Origin: an uncultured bacterium
Lineage (GTDB): Bacteria; Eisenbacteria; RBG-16-71-46; CAZAMP01
Direction of reading: 5' to 3'
DNA: 64,000 nucleotides
Assembly: GCA_964486455.1 (NCBI GenBank)
Contig: CAZAMP010000002.1
Coordinates: 118,722 to 182,721, forward strand
The translations under genes and the position numbers were made by a program. Below the pieces are notes generated by a model that saw only the letters and a program-made list of their open reading frames with translations, made no database searches and had not been told where the DNA came from. Shown here piece by piece: positions 27,518 through 35,935 of the stretch (the first letter of the stretch is position 1; every line of letters begins with the position of its first letter).

Positions 27518-29061
27518 TGCGTGGGATATATGTCATCCTCGCCACCTCTCTGTTTGTGCTTGTTGCCGTCGGCGGTCTCGGGTGCGCCCGCGATGCCGCG
27601 GACACAGACGAGCACGCCGAACACGGACAGGGCGATTATTGTGAAGAGCATCAGATCGCCGCATCACAGTGCCCCTACTGCAATCCGAGCCTCGTTGAAT
27701 CATTTGGCTTCTGCGTGGGCCACTCCGTTCCAGAGGCCTATTGCTATCAGTGCAATCCTGCGCTCATCCCCGCGTTCAAGTCCGTGGGTGACTGGTGCGC
27801 GGGACATGATCGCCCCGAGTCTCAGTGCTACATCTGCAACCCGCAGTTCGCCCCGGCGGCTCAACGCGAATCCGCGGACAGTGCGGCCGAACCGGGCGGC
27901 GAACGAGGCGCCGATACCGCCTCCGGCGGCCGACTATCCCGGACGGAGCAGCCGCCGTCGGTCGAATGCACGAATGAATACCTCCTCGTCCGTTTCGAGA
28001 GTCCGGAGATCGCGGAGAAGGCCGGAATCGAGCTAGTGTCCGTCGCGTCGCGCCTCGTGACGAAGACCATCAGCTGCAATGCTGAGGTCGTGTACGACGG
28101 GAACCGATACGCTCACCTTTCGGCGCAGGTGCCGGGGATCATCGGGGAGGTCTTCCGTGATGTCGGCGATACGGTCGATGTCGGTGACCCGCTGGCCGTC
28201 ATCACGTCGAGCCATCTGGGGGCCGCCAAGGCGAGACTCCTTCAGACGGCGGCACGTGTTGTCTTGTGGGAACGCGTTCATGCACGGGAGACGGACCTGC
28301 TCGCGCGCGGCGTGTCGACCGAGAAAGAGCTGTTCGAGGCGGAAACGCGTCTGGCCGAGAGTCGCATATCGCTTTCCGAGGCCGAGCAGGCGCTCTTCAG
28401 TTTCGGATTGTCACCGGAAGCGGTCGCTCATCTCCGTCAAACCAACGATACGAGCCCTGCGTACACGGTGAACGCGCCGTTTCGGGGTGTGATCGTGGAC
28501 CGGCACGCAACCGCCGGAGAGGTCGTGGATAGCTCTCGGCAGCTCTTTGCGGTGGCCGACGTATCTCGTATGTGGGCGCTAATTGACGTCTACGAGTCGG
28601 ATCTCCGAGAGATTCGGGTTGGGCAACCGGTCGTGGTGCACGTGGAGGGACTCTTCGGTGAAGCGTTTGCCGGACGTCTCACATGGGTCAGCTCCCAACT
28701 CAACCCCAAGACGAGAACGCTTCGTGCGCGCGCCGAGCTCGACAACGAGCAGGGGCTACTGCGCGCCAACATGTTCGCGCAGGCCAAAGTCATGGTGCGT
28801 GACCAATCAGAGGCGCTCGTGATCCCCGCGGCGGCGGTGCAATGGGAGGGCTGCTGCAACATCGTGTTCGTCAAGCAGTCCGACACCGTCTACCAACCGC
28901 GAAAGGTGCATCTGGGTGTGGCGACCGGAACGCAATACGAAGTTCGGAGCGGCGTCAGCCTGGGTGATGAGGTCGTCACGCAGGGGAGCTTCCTTCTCAA
29001 GACCGAAATCATGAAGGGCAGCATTGGTGCCGGCTGCTGCGAAGTCGTCGCCGGTGGATAA
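27514..29061 (+). CDS. czcB: efflux RND transporter periplasmic adaptor subunit (CzcB-like) with a Cys/His-rich N-terminal extension
   Basis: Lipobox-like GGLGC. HlyD-type core: LSAQVPGIIGEVFRDVGDTVDVGDPLAVI, coiled coil, VNAPFRGVIVDRHATAGEVV, LRANMFAQAKV. The start overlaps the czcC stop (ATGA). Confidence 0.9.
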   Translation: MMRGIYVILATSLFVLVAVGGLGCARDAADTDEHAEHGQGDYCEEHQIAASQCPYCNPSLVESFGFCVGHSVPEAYCYQCNPALIPAFKSVGDWCAGHDRPESQCYICNPQFAPAAQRESADSAAEPGGERGADTASGGRLSRTEQPPSVECTNEYLLVRFESPEIAEKAGIELVSVASRLVTKTISCNAEVVYDGNRYAHLSAQVPGIIGEVFRDVGDTVDVGDPLAVITSSHLGAAKARLLQTAARVVLWERVHARETDLLARGVSTEKELFEAETRLAESRISLSEAEQALFSFGLSPEAVAHLRQTNDTSPAYTVNAPFRGVIVDRHATAGEVVDSSRQLFAVADVSRMWALIDVYESDLREIRVGQPVVVHVEGLFGEAFAGRLTWVSSQLNPKTRTLRARAELDNEQGLLRANMFAQAKVMVRDQSEALVIPAAAVQWEGCCNIVFVKQSDTVYQPRKVHLGVATGTQYEVRSGVSLGDEVVTQGSFLLKTEIMKGSIGAGCCEVVAGG

Positions 29062-29073
29062 CGGAGAAAGACC

Positions 29074-32000
29074 ATGTTGAATGCGATCATCACGTGGTCT
29101 CTGGACCACCGGTTTCTCGTCATCGCGTTGGTCCTCGCTCTCATGGCATCGGGGATCTACGCGCTCTTCCATCTCCCGGTCGACGCGTTTCCGGACACGA
29201 CGCCCGTGCAGGTGCAGGTCAATACCGTCGCACCGGCGCTCTCGCCGCCCGAGATCGAGCAGCAGATCACCTTCGCCGTCGAGCAGGCGATCGCCGGGCT
29301 TCCGGACCTGGTCGAAGTTCGCTCGATTTCGAAGTTCGGCCTCTCCCAGGTCACCGTGACGTTCGAAGATAGGACCGACATCTACTTCGCCCGTCAGCTC
29401 GTCATGGAGCGCATGCAGACCGTGGAGATGCCGGATGGAATAGCGCGACCGGAGATGGGTCCCGTCGCCACCGGGCTCGGCGAGATCTACCACTACCTTG
29501 TCACCAGCCCGCGGCACACGCTCACCGAACTCACCACGCTTCACGACTGGGTCATCAAGCCTCGGCTCCAGTCCGTTCCCGGCGTCGCGGAGATCAACAC
29601 CTGGGGCGGAAAGCGCAAGCAGTTTCATGTTCTCGCCGACCCCGCTCGTCTGGTGAAGCATGACTTCACCCTCGACGACGTCCTCCGTGCCCTCGCCACG
29701 AACAATCTCAACGTGGGCGGCGGATACATCGTTCAGGCCGGCGAGCTTCACCTTGTGCAAGGCATCAGCCTCACGACCGATCTCGAGGAGATCGGGAACA
29801 TCGTCATCGCCGCGCAAGATGGCGTTCCGATTCGGGTCCGGGAGATTGGAGAGGTTGTCGAAGGTCACGAGATCCGCCGCGGTGCCGCAACGGCGAATGG
29901 GCAAGGCGAAGCCGTCTTGGGGCTCGGATTCATGTTGATGGGAGAGAACAGCCACGAGGTCTCATCCCGGCTCCGCGAGAGAATGCTCGAAATCCAGGGT
30001 TCGCTCCCCGAAGGCGTCGAGGTCAATCCCGTGTACGAGCGCACGGAGCTCGTCGACAAGGTCCTCGAAACCGTAAAGGAAAACCTCTTCACGGGGGCGC
30101 TGCTGGTCATCGCAGTGCTCTTCGCCTTCCTGGGCAATCTGCGCGCCGGGCTCATCGTCGCCGCGGCCATTCCGCTCTCCATGCTGTTCGCCGCCCAGGG
30201 GATGCTTCGTTTTGGAATCGCCGGTAGCCTGATGAGCCTGGGCGCGATCGACTTCGGTCTCATCGTGGACAGCTCGGTGATCATGGTCGAGAACAGCGTG
30301 CGCCGTCTCGCCGCGGCGGGCCGTCGCGCATCCGTTCTCGAAACGGTGCGCGAGGCGGCCATTGAGGTGCGAAAGCCCACGATGTACGGCGAGCTGATCA
30401 TCGCGATTGTCTTTCTTCCGGTCCTGACCCTCGAAGGGATCGAAGGAAAGCTCTTCCGACCGATGGCGCTCACGTTGATCTTCGCGCTTGCCGGCTCACT
30501 CCTGTTGTCGCTGACGCTGATGCCCGTTCTCGCGAGCCTCGTGCTCAAGGCGAAGCGGAAGCAGGCGGAGAACCGTTTCGTGCGTGCTATGAAGCGCGGC
30601 TACCGTCCAATCGTTCACTTCGCGGTACGCCGCCGCGGGGCGGTCCTGGCAGGAACTCTCGTTCTTCTCCTTGTGGGGGCTGTTCTGGCGACGGGGATCG
30701 GATCGGAGTTCATTCCGCGCCTCTCCGAAGGTGCCATCGCGATCAACATGGTGCGGCTCTCGGGTGTCTCCCTCGAAGAGTCGGTTCGCTACGGCACGCA
30801 GATCGAAAAGGTAATTCTCGAGAACTACCCGGACGAGGTGCGCGACGTGTGGGTTCGCACCGGCACTGCCGAGGTGGCCACGGATCCGATGGGGATCGAG
30901 CTGTCCGATGCGTACGTCACGCTACGGCCGCGCGGCGAGTGGACGCGTGCCCGAACACAGGATGATCTGGTCGATCTCATGAGCGAGGAGCTATCCGGAT
31001 TCCCGGGGATGCGACTCATCTTCACACAACCCATCGAGATGCGAATCAACGAGATGATCGCGGGCATTCGCACGGACGTTGGCGTCAAGATCTTCGGCGA
31101 TGACCTCGAGGTCTTGAAGGTTCTCGCCACGCAGGTGGGGGAGATCCTCAGCGGCATTCCAGGCAGCGCCGACGTCATCGTCGAGCAGATCACCGGGCAG
31201 CCGGTGCTTCAGGTGCGCGTCAACCAGGACGCGATCGCGCGTCACGGGGTTTCGGCCCGGCACGTGCTCGAGCTCGTGGAAGCCGTCGGCGGGGTGACCG
31301 TCGGCGAAGTGCGGGAGGATCAACGGCGTTTCGATCTCGTCATTCGTCTTCCGCAGCAGTACCGACGCGACCCTGATGCCGTCAGGAGAATTCTCGTACC
31401 GACCGCGTCCGGCGGACGGATCCCGCTCGAGCAGTTGGCTGACATCGAGCAGATCGAGGGTCCCTCGACGATCACGCGCGAGTGGCAGCGGCGGCGGATC
31501 CTGGTCCAGTGCAACGTGAGGGGGCGCGACGTCGGTGGTTTCGTCGAGGAGACACGACGGCGGGTCGCCGAGGAGATCACGCTTCCCCAGGACTACTTTG
31601 CGGCAATCGGCGGACAGTTCGAGCACATGGAACGAGCGCGGATGCGGCTGGCGATCGTTGTCCCGCTGGCGCTCCTGCTGGTGCTCTTTCTCCTCTACTC
31701 GAGCATGGGTTCCATCCGCGATACGCTGATCATCTTCACCGGTGCCCCGTTCGCCGCGCTCGGCGGGATCGTCGCCCTATGGGTCCGCGGGATGCCGTTC
31801 ACCGTGTCGGCGGGGGTCGGGTTCGTCGCCGTCTCCGGAGTCGCCATGCTGGGCGGCTTGGTCTTGGTCTCGACGATCAAGCGCGTGCTGCAGGGTGGCG
31901 CCACGCTCGAAGACGCCATCGAGGAGAGTGCGCTCACGCGGCTTCGACCTATCCTCATGACCACGCTGGTGGCGGCGCTGGGCTTCGTGCCGATGGCGGT

Positions 32001-32151
32001 GAATACCGGTGTGGGGGCGGAGGTCCAGCGGCCGCTTGCCACGGTCGTGATCGGAGGAGTCCTTACCGCGAACGTTCTGACACTGATCGTTCTTCCGGCG
32101 ATCTACCGGATCTTCGGGCGATCGGCTCGCGACGTCGCAGAGGCTCGGTAG
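29074..32151 (+). CDS. czcA: CusA/CzcA-family heavy-metal efflux RND permease
   Basis: 1025 aa with 12-TM RND architecture. The start MLNAIITWSLDHRFLVI and the TM4 motif GAIDFGLIVDSSVIMVEN (DFG..D...EN) are typical of divalent-cation HME exporters. Confidence 0.95.
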   Translation: MLNAIITWSLDHRFLVIALVLALMASGIYALFHLPVDAFPDTTPVQVQVNTVAPALSPPEIEQQITFAVEQAIAGLPDLVEVRSISKFGLSQVTVTFEDRTDIYFARQLVMERMQTVEMPDGIARPEMGPVATGLGEIYHYLVTSPRHTLTELTTLHDWVIKPRLQSVPGVAEINTWGGKRKQFHVLADPARLVKHDFTLDDVLRALATNNLNVGGGYIVQAGELHLVQGISLTTDLEEIGNIVIAAQDGVPIRVREIGEVVEGHEIRRGAATANGQGEAVLGLGFMLMGENSHEVSSRLRERMLEIQGSLPEGVEVNPVYERTELVDKVLETVKENLFTGALLVIAVLFAFLGNLRAGLIVAAAIPLSMLFAAQGMLRFGIAGSLMSLGAIDFGLIVDSSVIMVENSVRRLAAAGRRASVLETVREAAIEVRKPTMYGELIIAIVFLPVLTLEGIEGKLFRPMALTLIFALAGSLLLSLTLMPVLASLVLKAKRKQAENRFVRAMKRGYRPIVHFAVRRRGAVLAGTLVLLLVGAVLATGIGSEFIPRLSEGAIAINMVRLSGVSLEESVRYGTQIEKVILENYPDEVRDVWVRTGTAEVATDPMGIELSDAYVTLRPRGEWTRARTQDDLVDLMSEELSGFPGMRLIFTQPIEMRINEMIAGIRTDVGVKIFGDDLEVLKVLATQVGEILSGIPGSADVIVEQITGQPVLQVRVNQDAIARHGVSARHVLELVEAVGGVTVGEVREDQRRFDLVIRLPQQYRRDPDAVRRILVPTASGGRIPLEQLADIEQIEGPSTITREWQRRRILVQCNVRGRDVGGFVEETRRRVAEEITLPQDYFAAIGGQFEHMERARMRLAIVVPLALLLVLFLLYSSMGSIRDTLIIFTGAPFAALGGIVALWVRGMPFTVSAGVGFVAVSGVAMLGGLVLVSTIKRVLQGGATLEDAIEESALTRLRPILMTTLVAALGFVPMAVNTGVGAEVQRPLATVVIGGVLTANVLTLIVLPAIYRIFGRSARDVAEAR

Positions 32152-32299
32152 GATGAGCAGCTGAGTTCCCGAGCTGAAACTCGGCGATTGTTTTCGTGTC
32201 CGCCTCACCGGTCGGATTGCGTTGTTGAGAGTGACGGTGGTTGCGCCCCACCGGCCATCCATTTGCGCATCGGACAGCACAACGACCGAGGAGGGACAC

Positions 32300-33031
32300 G
32301 TGCACATATCGCCAATGATCATGGTGTTGCTTGCCGGAGCGGTTCTCGAAGGGAATCCGCCCGCGGCGGTGTTGCATTCGGCCGAATCGACGGGAGTGAT
32401 CTCCGCGGCTCGGACCTCGTTCTATTGTCAGACGCCGTTCGTGGGCACCTCGATCAATGCGTCGACCGGCTATGGAAGCGAGCTGGCCGATGACATTCCG
32501 CACTACCTGGACGGAATGGGCTTCAACGAGATCACACTCTGGATCGCGGAGTGGCAGATCTCCGATCCTCAGGACTGGATCGATCCGGACGGCGTGCGCA
32601 TTCGGATCTACGATGACGTTTGTCCGCCGCTTCTCGATCCCGTTCAGCTCTTCGACGTCGCATGGTCGGAAATCACGACGACGCTTACCTATAGCGGTGG
32701 CCCTTGGGTCATCTACGAAGCAGTGATTCCACTGCCGGAAGCAGTCACAATTACCACCGCGACGTCGATCGGGATCCAGGTGATCAACTCCTGGGGCGAT
32801 GGCTTTCCGTGGGTGGGCGTGATGGCGCTCTACACCGAGGACAGCTATGGGTGTCCGGCGTTCCTCTCGGACCCGACTCACGGCGCGCCGCGATGGACGA
32901 GGATCGATCAGCAGACCGGCACGCAGTTCGACATCGCATACTGTCTCGACATGCAGACGGTCGGCATTCCGCCGGAGGAGACACCGGTGAGGGCGACCAG
33001 CTGGGGGCGGGTGAAGGGCTACTATCGCTAG
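32300..33031 (+). CDS. hypothetical protein with C-terminal TSWGRVKGYYR tail
   Basis: The ORF is open from 32222. GTG 32300 is preferred because GGAGG lies 6 nt upstream. The N-terminus is weakly hydrophobic (MHISPMIMVLLAGAVL). No family motif recognised. GC3 bias is consistent with coding. Confidence 0.55.
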   Translation: MHISPMIMVLLAGAVLEGNPPAAVLHSAESTGVISAARTSFYCQTPFVGTSINASTGYGSELADDIPHYLDGMGFNEITLWIAEWQISDPQDWIDPDGVRIRIYDDVCPPLLDPVQLFDVAWSEITTTLTYSGGPWVIYEAVIPLPEAVTITTATSIGIQVINSWGDGFPWVGVMALYTEDSYGCPAFLSDPTHGAPRWTRIDQQTGTQFDIAYCLDMQTVGIPPEETPVRATSWGRVKGYYR

Positions 33032-33280
33032 CATTCAACGCGGCGGGGCCGTCCCTCGCCGCGACGTGAATCACGCTTACCAACCGCATGCAAATCCTCT
33101 AGTATGCGGGCTCGATTCTCCCGCGAGGAACCCGGATATCAGAGCTTCGTGGACTCGGGCCGGCCACTGCGGACGCCGAGATCTCCTCGCGCGAGGGAAC
33201 CGTGCCAGGTGAGGATCGCCTCATCATTTTCACTGTCGACCGCACCGGGTGCGGTGGTCGCCGAACCCGGGAGATGCTCG

Positions 33281-34288
33281 ATGACGTCGAGGCAGAGTCC
33301 GGACCGTTCGCGAGACATAGACAAGTCCTGGCGGGACGCAGTTGCCGCCTATGAGCAGCCTGATCTCCGCCGAAGCCTCTGGCAGATTGCCAATTCGTTT
33401 CTACCGTACTTTGCGCTCTGGTGGTTGATGATCGAGAGCCTCTCGGTGTCCTACTGGCTCACCCTTGCCATGGCGCCGTTGGCCGCCGGTTTTCTCATCC
33501 GCGTCTTCATCATCTCTCATGACTGCGGTCACGGGGCGTTCTTTCGCTCCCGCACCACGAGCGACATCGTGGGTGCGATCGCGGCCGTGCTGGCGTTCAC
33601 GCCGTACGGAAGCTGGACCTATCAGCACAAGGTGCACCATGCCTCCTCTGGTGATCTCGACCGCCGCGATGTCGGAGATGTGTGGACGCTTACCGTGGTC
33701 GAGTACGGTGAGGCTCCGTGGTGGACGCGCGCGGTCTATCGCTTCTACAGGTTTCCGCTCGTCATGTTTGTCTTGGGACCTATCTTCCAGTTCTTCATCG
33801 CGAATCGCTTCTACCGCTCCGCCACCACCGCGATCGAACGCCGAAGCGTTCTGCGTACGAACATTGCGCTGGCCGCCATCATCGCCGCGGCGTCACTCAC
33901 GATCGGGTTCAAGGCGTACGTGATGGTTCAGGTTCCCATCATGATCGTGGCGGGCGTCGGAGGCGTGTGGCTCTTCTACGTGCAGCATCAGTTCGAAGGC
34001 GTCTACTGGGAGCGCCACGAGAAGTGGGACTACGTGGCGCAGGCACTCGAGGGCAGCTCCTACTACAAGCTCCCGAAGCTGCTTCAATGGTTCTCCGGAA
34101 ACATCGGCTTTCATCATGTCCACCATCTGAGTCCCCGCGTTCCGAACTACAATCTGGAGCGATGCCATCGCGGGCAGCCGCTCTTCCGGAACGTCACGCA
34201 GCTCACGATGAGGACGGCGCTCCGATCTTTGAGACTACGTCTCTGGGATGAAGACCGGCGCGAGATGGTGGGATTCCGGAGCGACTGA
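33281..34288 (+). CDS. membrane fatty-acid desaturase
   Basis: Three His boxes: HDCGHGAF, HKVHHASSG, GFHHVHHL. TM segments lie between them. ATG 33281; the track start at 33104 is an upstream extension. Confidence 0.9.
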   Translation: MTSRQSPDRSRDIDKSWRDAVAAYEQPDLRRSLWQIANSFLPYFALWWLMIESLSVSYWLTLAMAPLAAGFLIRVFIISHDCGHGAFFRSRTTSDIVGAIAAVLAFTPYGSWTYQHKVHHASSGDLDRRDVGDVWTLTVVEYGEAPWWTRAVYRFYRFPLVMFVLGPIFQFFIANRFYRSATTAIERRSVLRTNIALAAIIAAASLTIGFKAYVMVQVPIMIVAGVGGVWLFYVQHQFEGVYWERHEKWDYVAQALEGSSYYKLPKLLQWFSGNIGFHHVHHLSPRVPNYNLERCHRGQPLFRNVTQLTMRTALRSLRLRLWDEDRREMVGFRSD

Positions 34289-34460
34289 AGAATCGGACCG
34301 ACCGGGGGAGACGTAGACGGGAGGATCGGCGGTCCCTGCGCACGTCCAGAATCCGCAATGGCGGCCTCGGGCGCAATGGTCTATGATCTCCCCAGCGGTT
34401 CGATGAGGCTCTTGTTACGGCATTTCATGAGACGGTGACACGCTCGGAGGTTCAGGCGTC

Positions 34461-35717
34461 ATGCGAGCTGGCGGTCGGAATCTGCTCCTTCTAGTTGTCG
34501 CAACAGCTATTCTCACCTCGGGTGTCTTCGCGTCAGATCCCCATTCCTGGGACATCATGACCTTCAACATCTTCTGGGGCGGACAGGACCACGATCCGGC
34601 TTATGGACGCGACCACGAGTGGCTGGAGCTGATCAAGGGTCGGAATCCCGACGTCATTCTGATCCAGGAAGCGAACGCCTGGCTTCCGGCCGAAGAAGAC
34701 CATCTCGCGGCCTATGTCGACTCCCTCAACAATGCGTTTCCGGACGATCCACCCTTCAGCGGTTTCATCGGGGAGGCGGGGAAGGGCTTTCATGTCGTTA
34801 TCATCAGCCGAATCCCGATCGTGGCGTTCGAGACCTTCCGGGTGGTGGATGTTGGCCTCGAAGTCGTTCACATCTTTCATGTGTTCACACACGTCACCTT
34901 GGATCTCTGGGGAACGCCCGGCCACGTCGTGAACGTGCACTTCAAGCCCGGCTGGTACTCTCGTGAAGACCGCGAGAAAGAAGCGCGCGCGCTTCTGGCG
35001 ATCCTGGACGGCCTGCCCGTTGGGGAGCCCGTCTGGATCGGAGGCGACTTCAACAGCTACTCGCCCGTTGATGTCGCCGAGGGGAGTCCGACTCCGCCGG
35101 ACTACGCGGGGGGCGCTCCGCCGGCGGAGATCGCTGGCTGGGAACCGATGGGGTATCTCCTCGAGCGAGGCTACACGGACGCGTTTCGGACCTGGCATCC
35201 GCTGGAGTTCGGGTACACCAAGGAGACGGCCGCCTTCCTTCCGAACACCAATGGGCCGATCGAGCGGGTGGATTTTTTGCTCCGATCCCCGGATGAAGGG
35301 TGGTACCTGACGTTCGCCGAGGTCGCGGCCGACAGCTTGGGTCATATCGCTTCGGATCACTACGCGGTGCTGGCCCGCTACGTTGACGAGCCGCCGCTCG
35401 CCGTGGAGCCGGACATCGCCACGCCGGGTCCATACGACCTTCGGTTGTGGCCGAATCCGGCAGTCGGCGCGAGCCACATTTCATATGCGCTTCCCCGTTC
35501 AGGTCGAGTGCGGCTGCGGATCTATGGTTCGGATGGGCGACTAATCCGAAGCCTCGTGGACGGGCGTCAGGAAGCAGGCAGCCACGCGCTCGATTGGGAC
35601 GGGACCGACAGAGCGGGGCGGCCGCTGCCGGAAGGAGTCTATTTCGTAAATCTGGACGATCAGCACAATCGGAAGACCCGTCGCATCATCAAAGTAGGCA
35701 TGGGGACATCTCGATAG
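34461..35717 (+). CDS. endonuclease/exonuclease/phosphatase (EEP) family protein with T9SS-type C-terminal domain
   Basis: Signal peptide. EEP motifs: MTFNIFWGG, DVILIQEAN, IGGDFNS, ASDHYAV. Tail: LWPNPAVG...VRLRIYGSDGRLIRSL...LDWDGTDRAGRPLPEGVYFV. Confidence 0.85.
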   Translation: MRAGGRNLLLLVVATAILTSGVFASDPHSWDIMTFNIFWGGQDHDPAYGRDHEWLELIKGRNPDVILIQEANAWLPAEEDHLAAYVDSLNNAFPDDPPFSGFIGEAGKGFHVVIISRIPIVAFETFRVVDVGLEVVHIFHVFTHVTLDLWGTPGHVVNVHFKPGWYSREDREKEARALLAILDGLPVGEPVWIGGDFNSYSPVDVAEGSPTPPDYAGGAPPAEIAGWEPMGYLLERGYTDAFRTWHPLEFGYTKETAAFLPNTNGPIERVDFLLRSPDEGWYLTFAEVAADSLGHIASDHYAVLARYVDEPPLAVEPDIATPGPYDLRLWPNPAVGASHISYALPRSGRVRLRIYGSDGRLIRSLVDGRQEAGSHALDWDGTDRAGRPLPEGVYFVNLDDQHNRKTRRIIKVGMGTSR

Positions 35718-35935
35718 CCTGACCATCGGGCGCGGGCCGCCGGCCGCGCCGGTAGATCGACATCTGACCACCGCGACCCTTTGCCTTCGCTTCCCACATC
35801 TCTTCCGATCGTAGTGATCTCCTCACCAATGACAGACGTGACCTTCACATCCGACCGCGATCGCTGAGAGCGAACGCACACTGATCTGGTTGTGAGGCAT
35901 TCGGGGTAGAGCACGTTCCGAATGTGGAGGCGATC

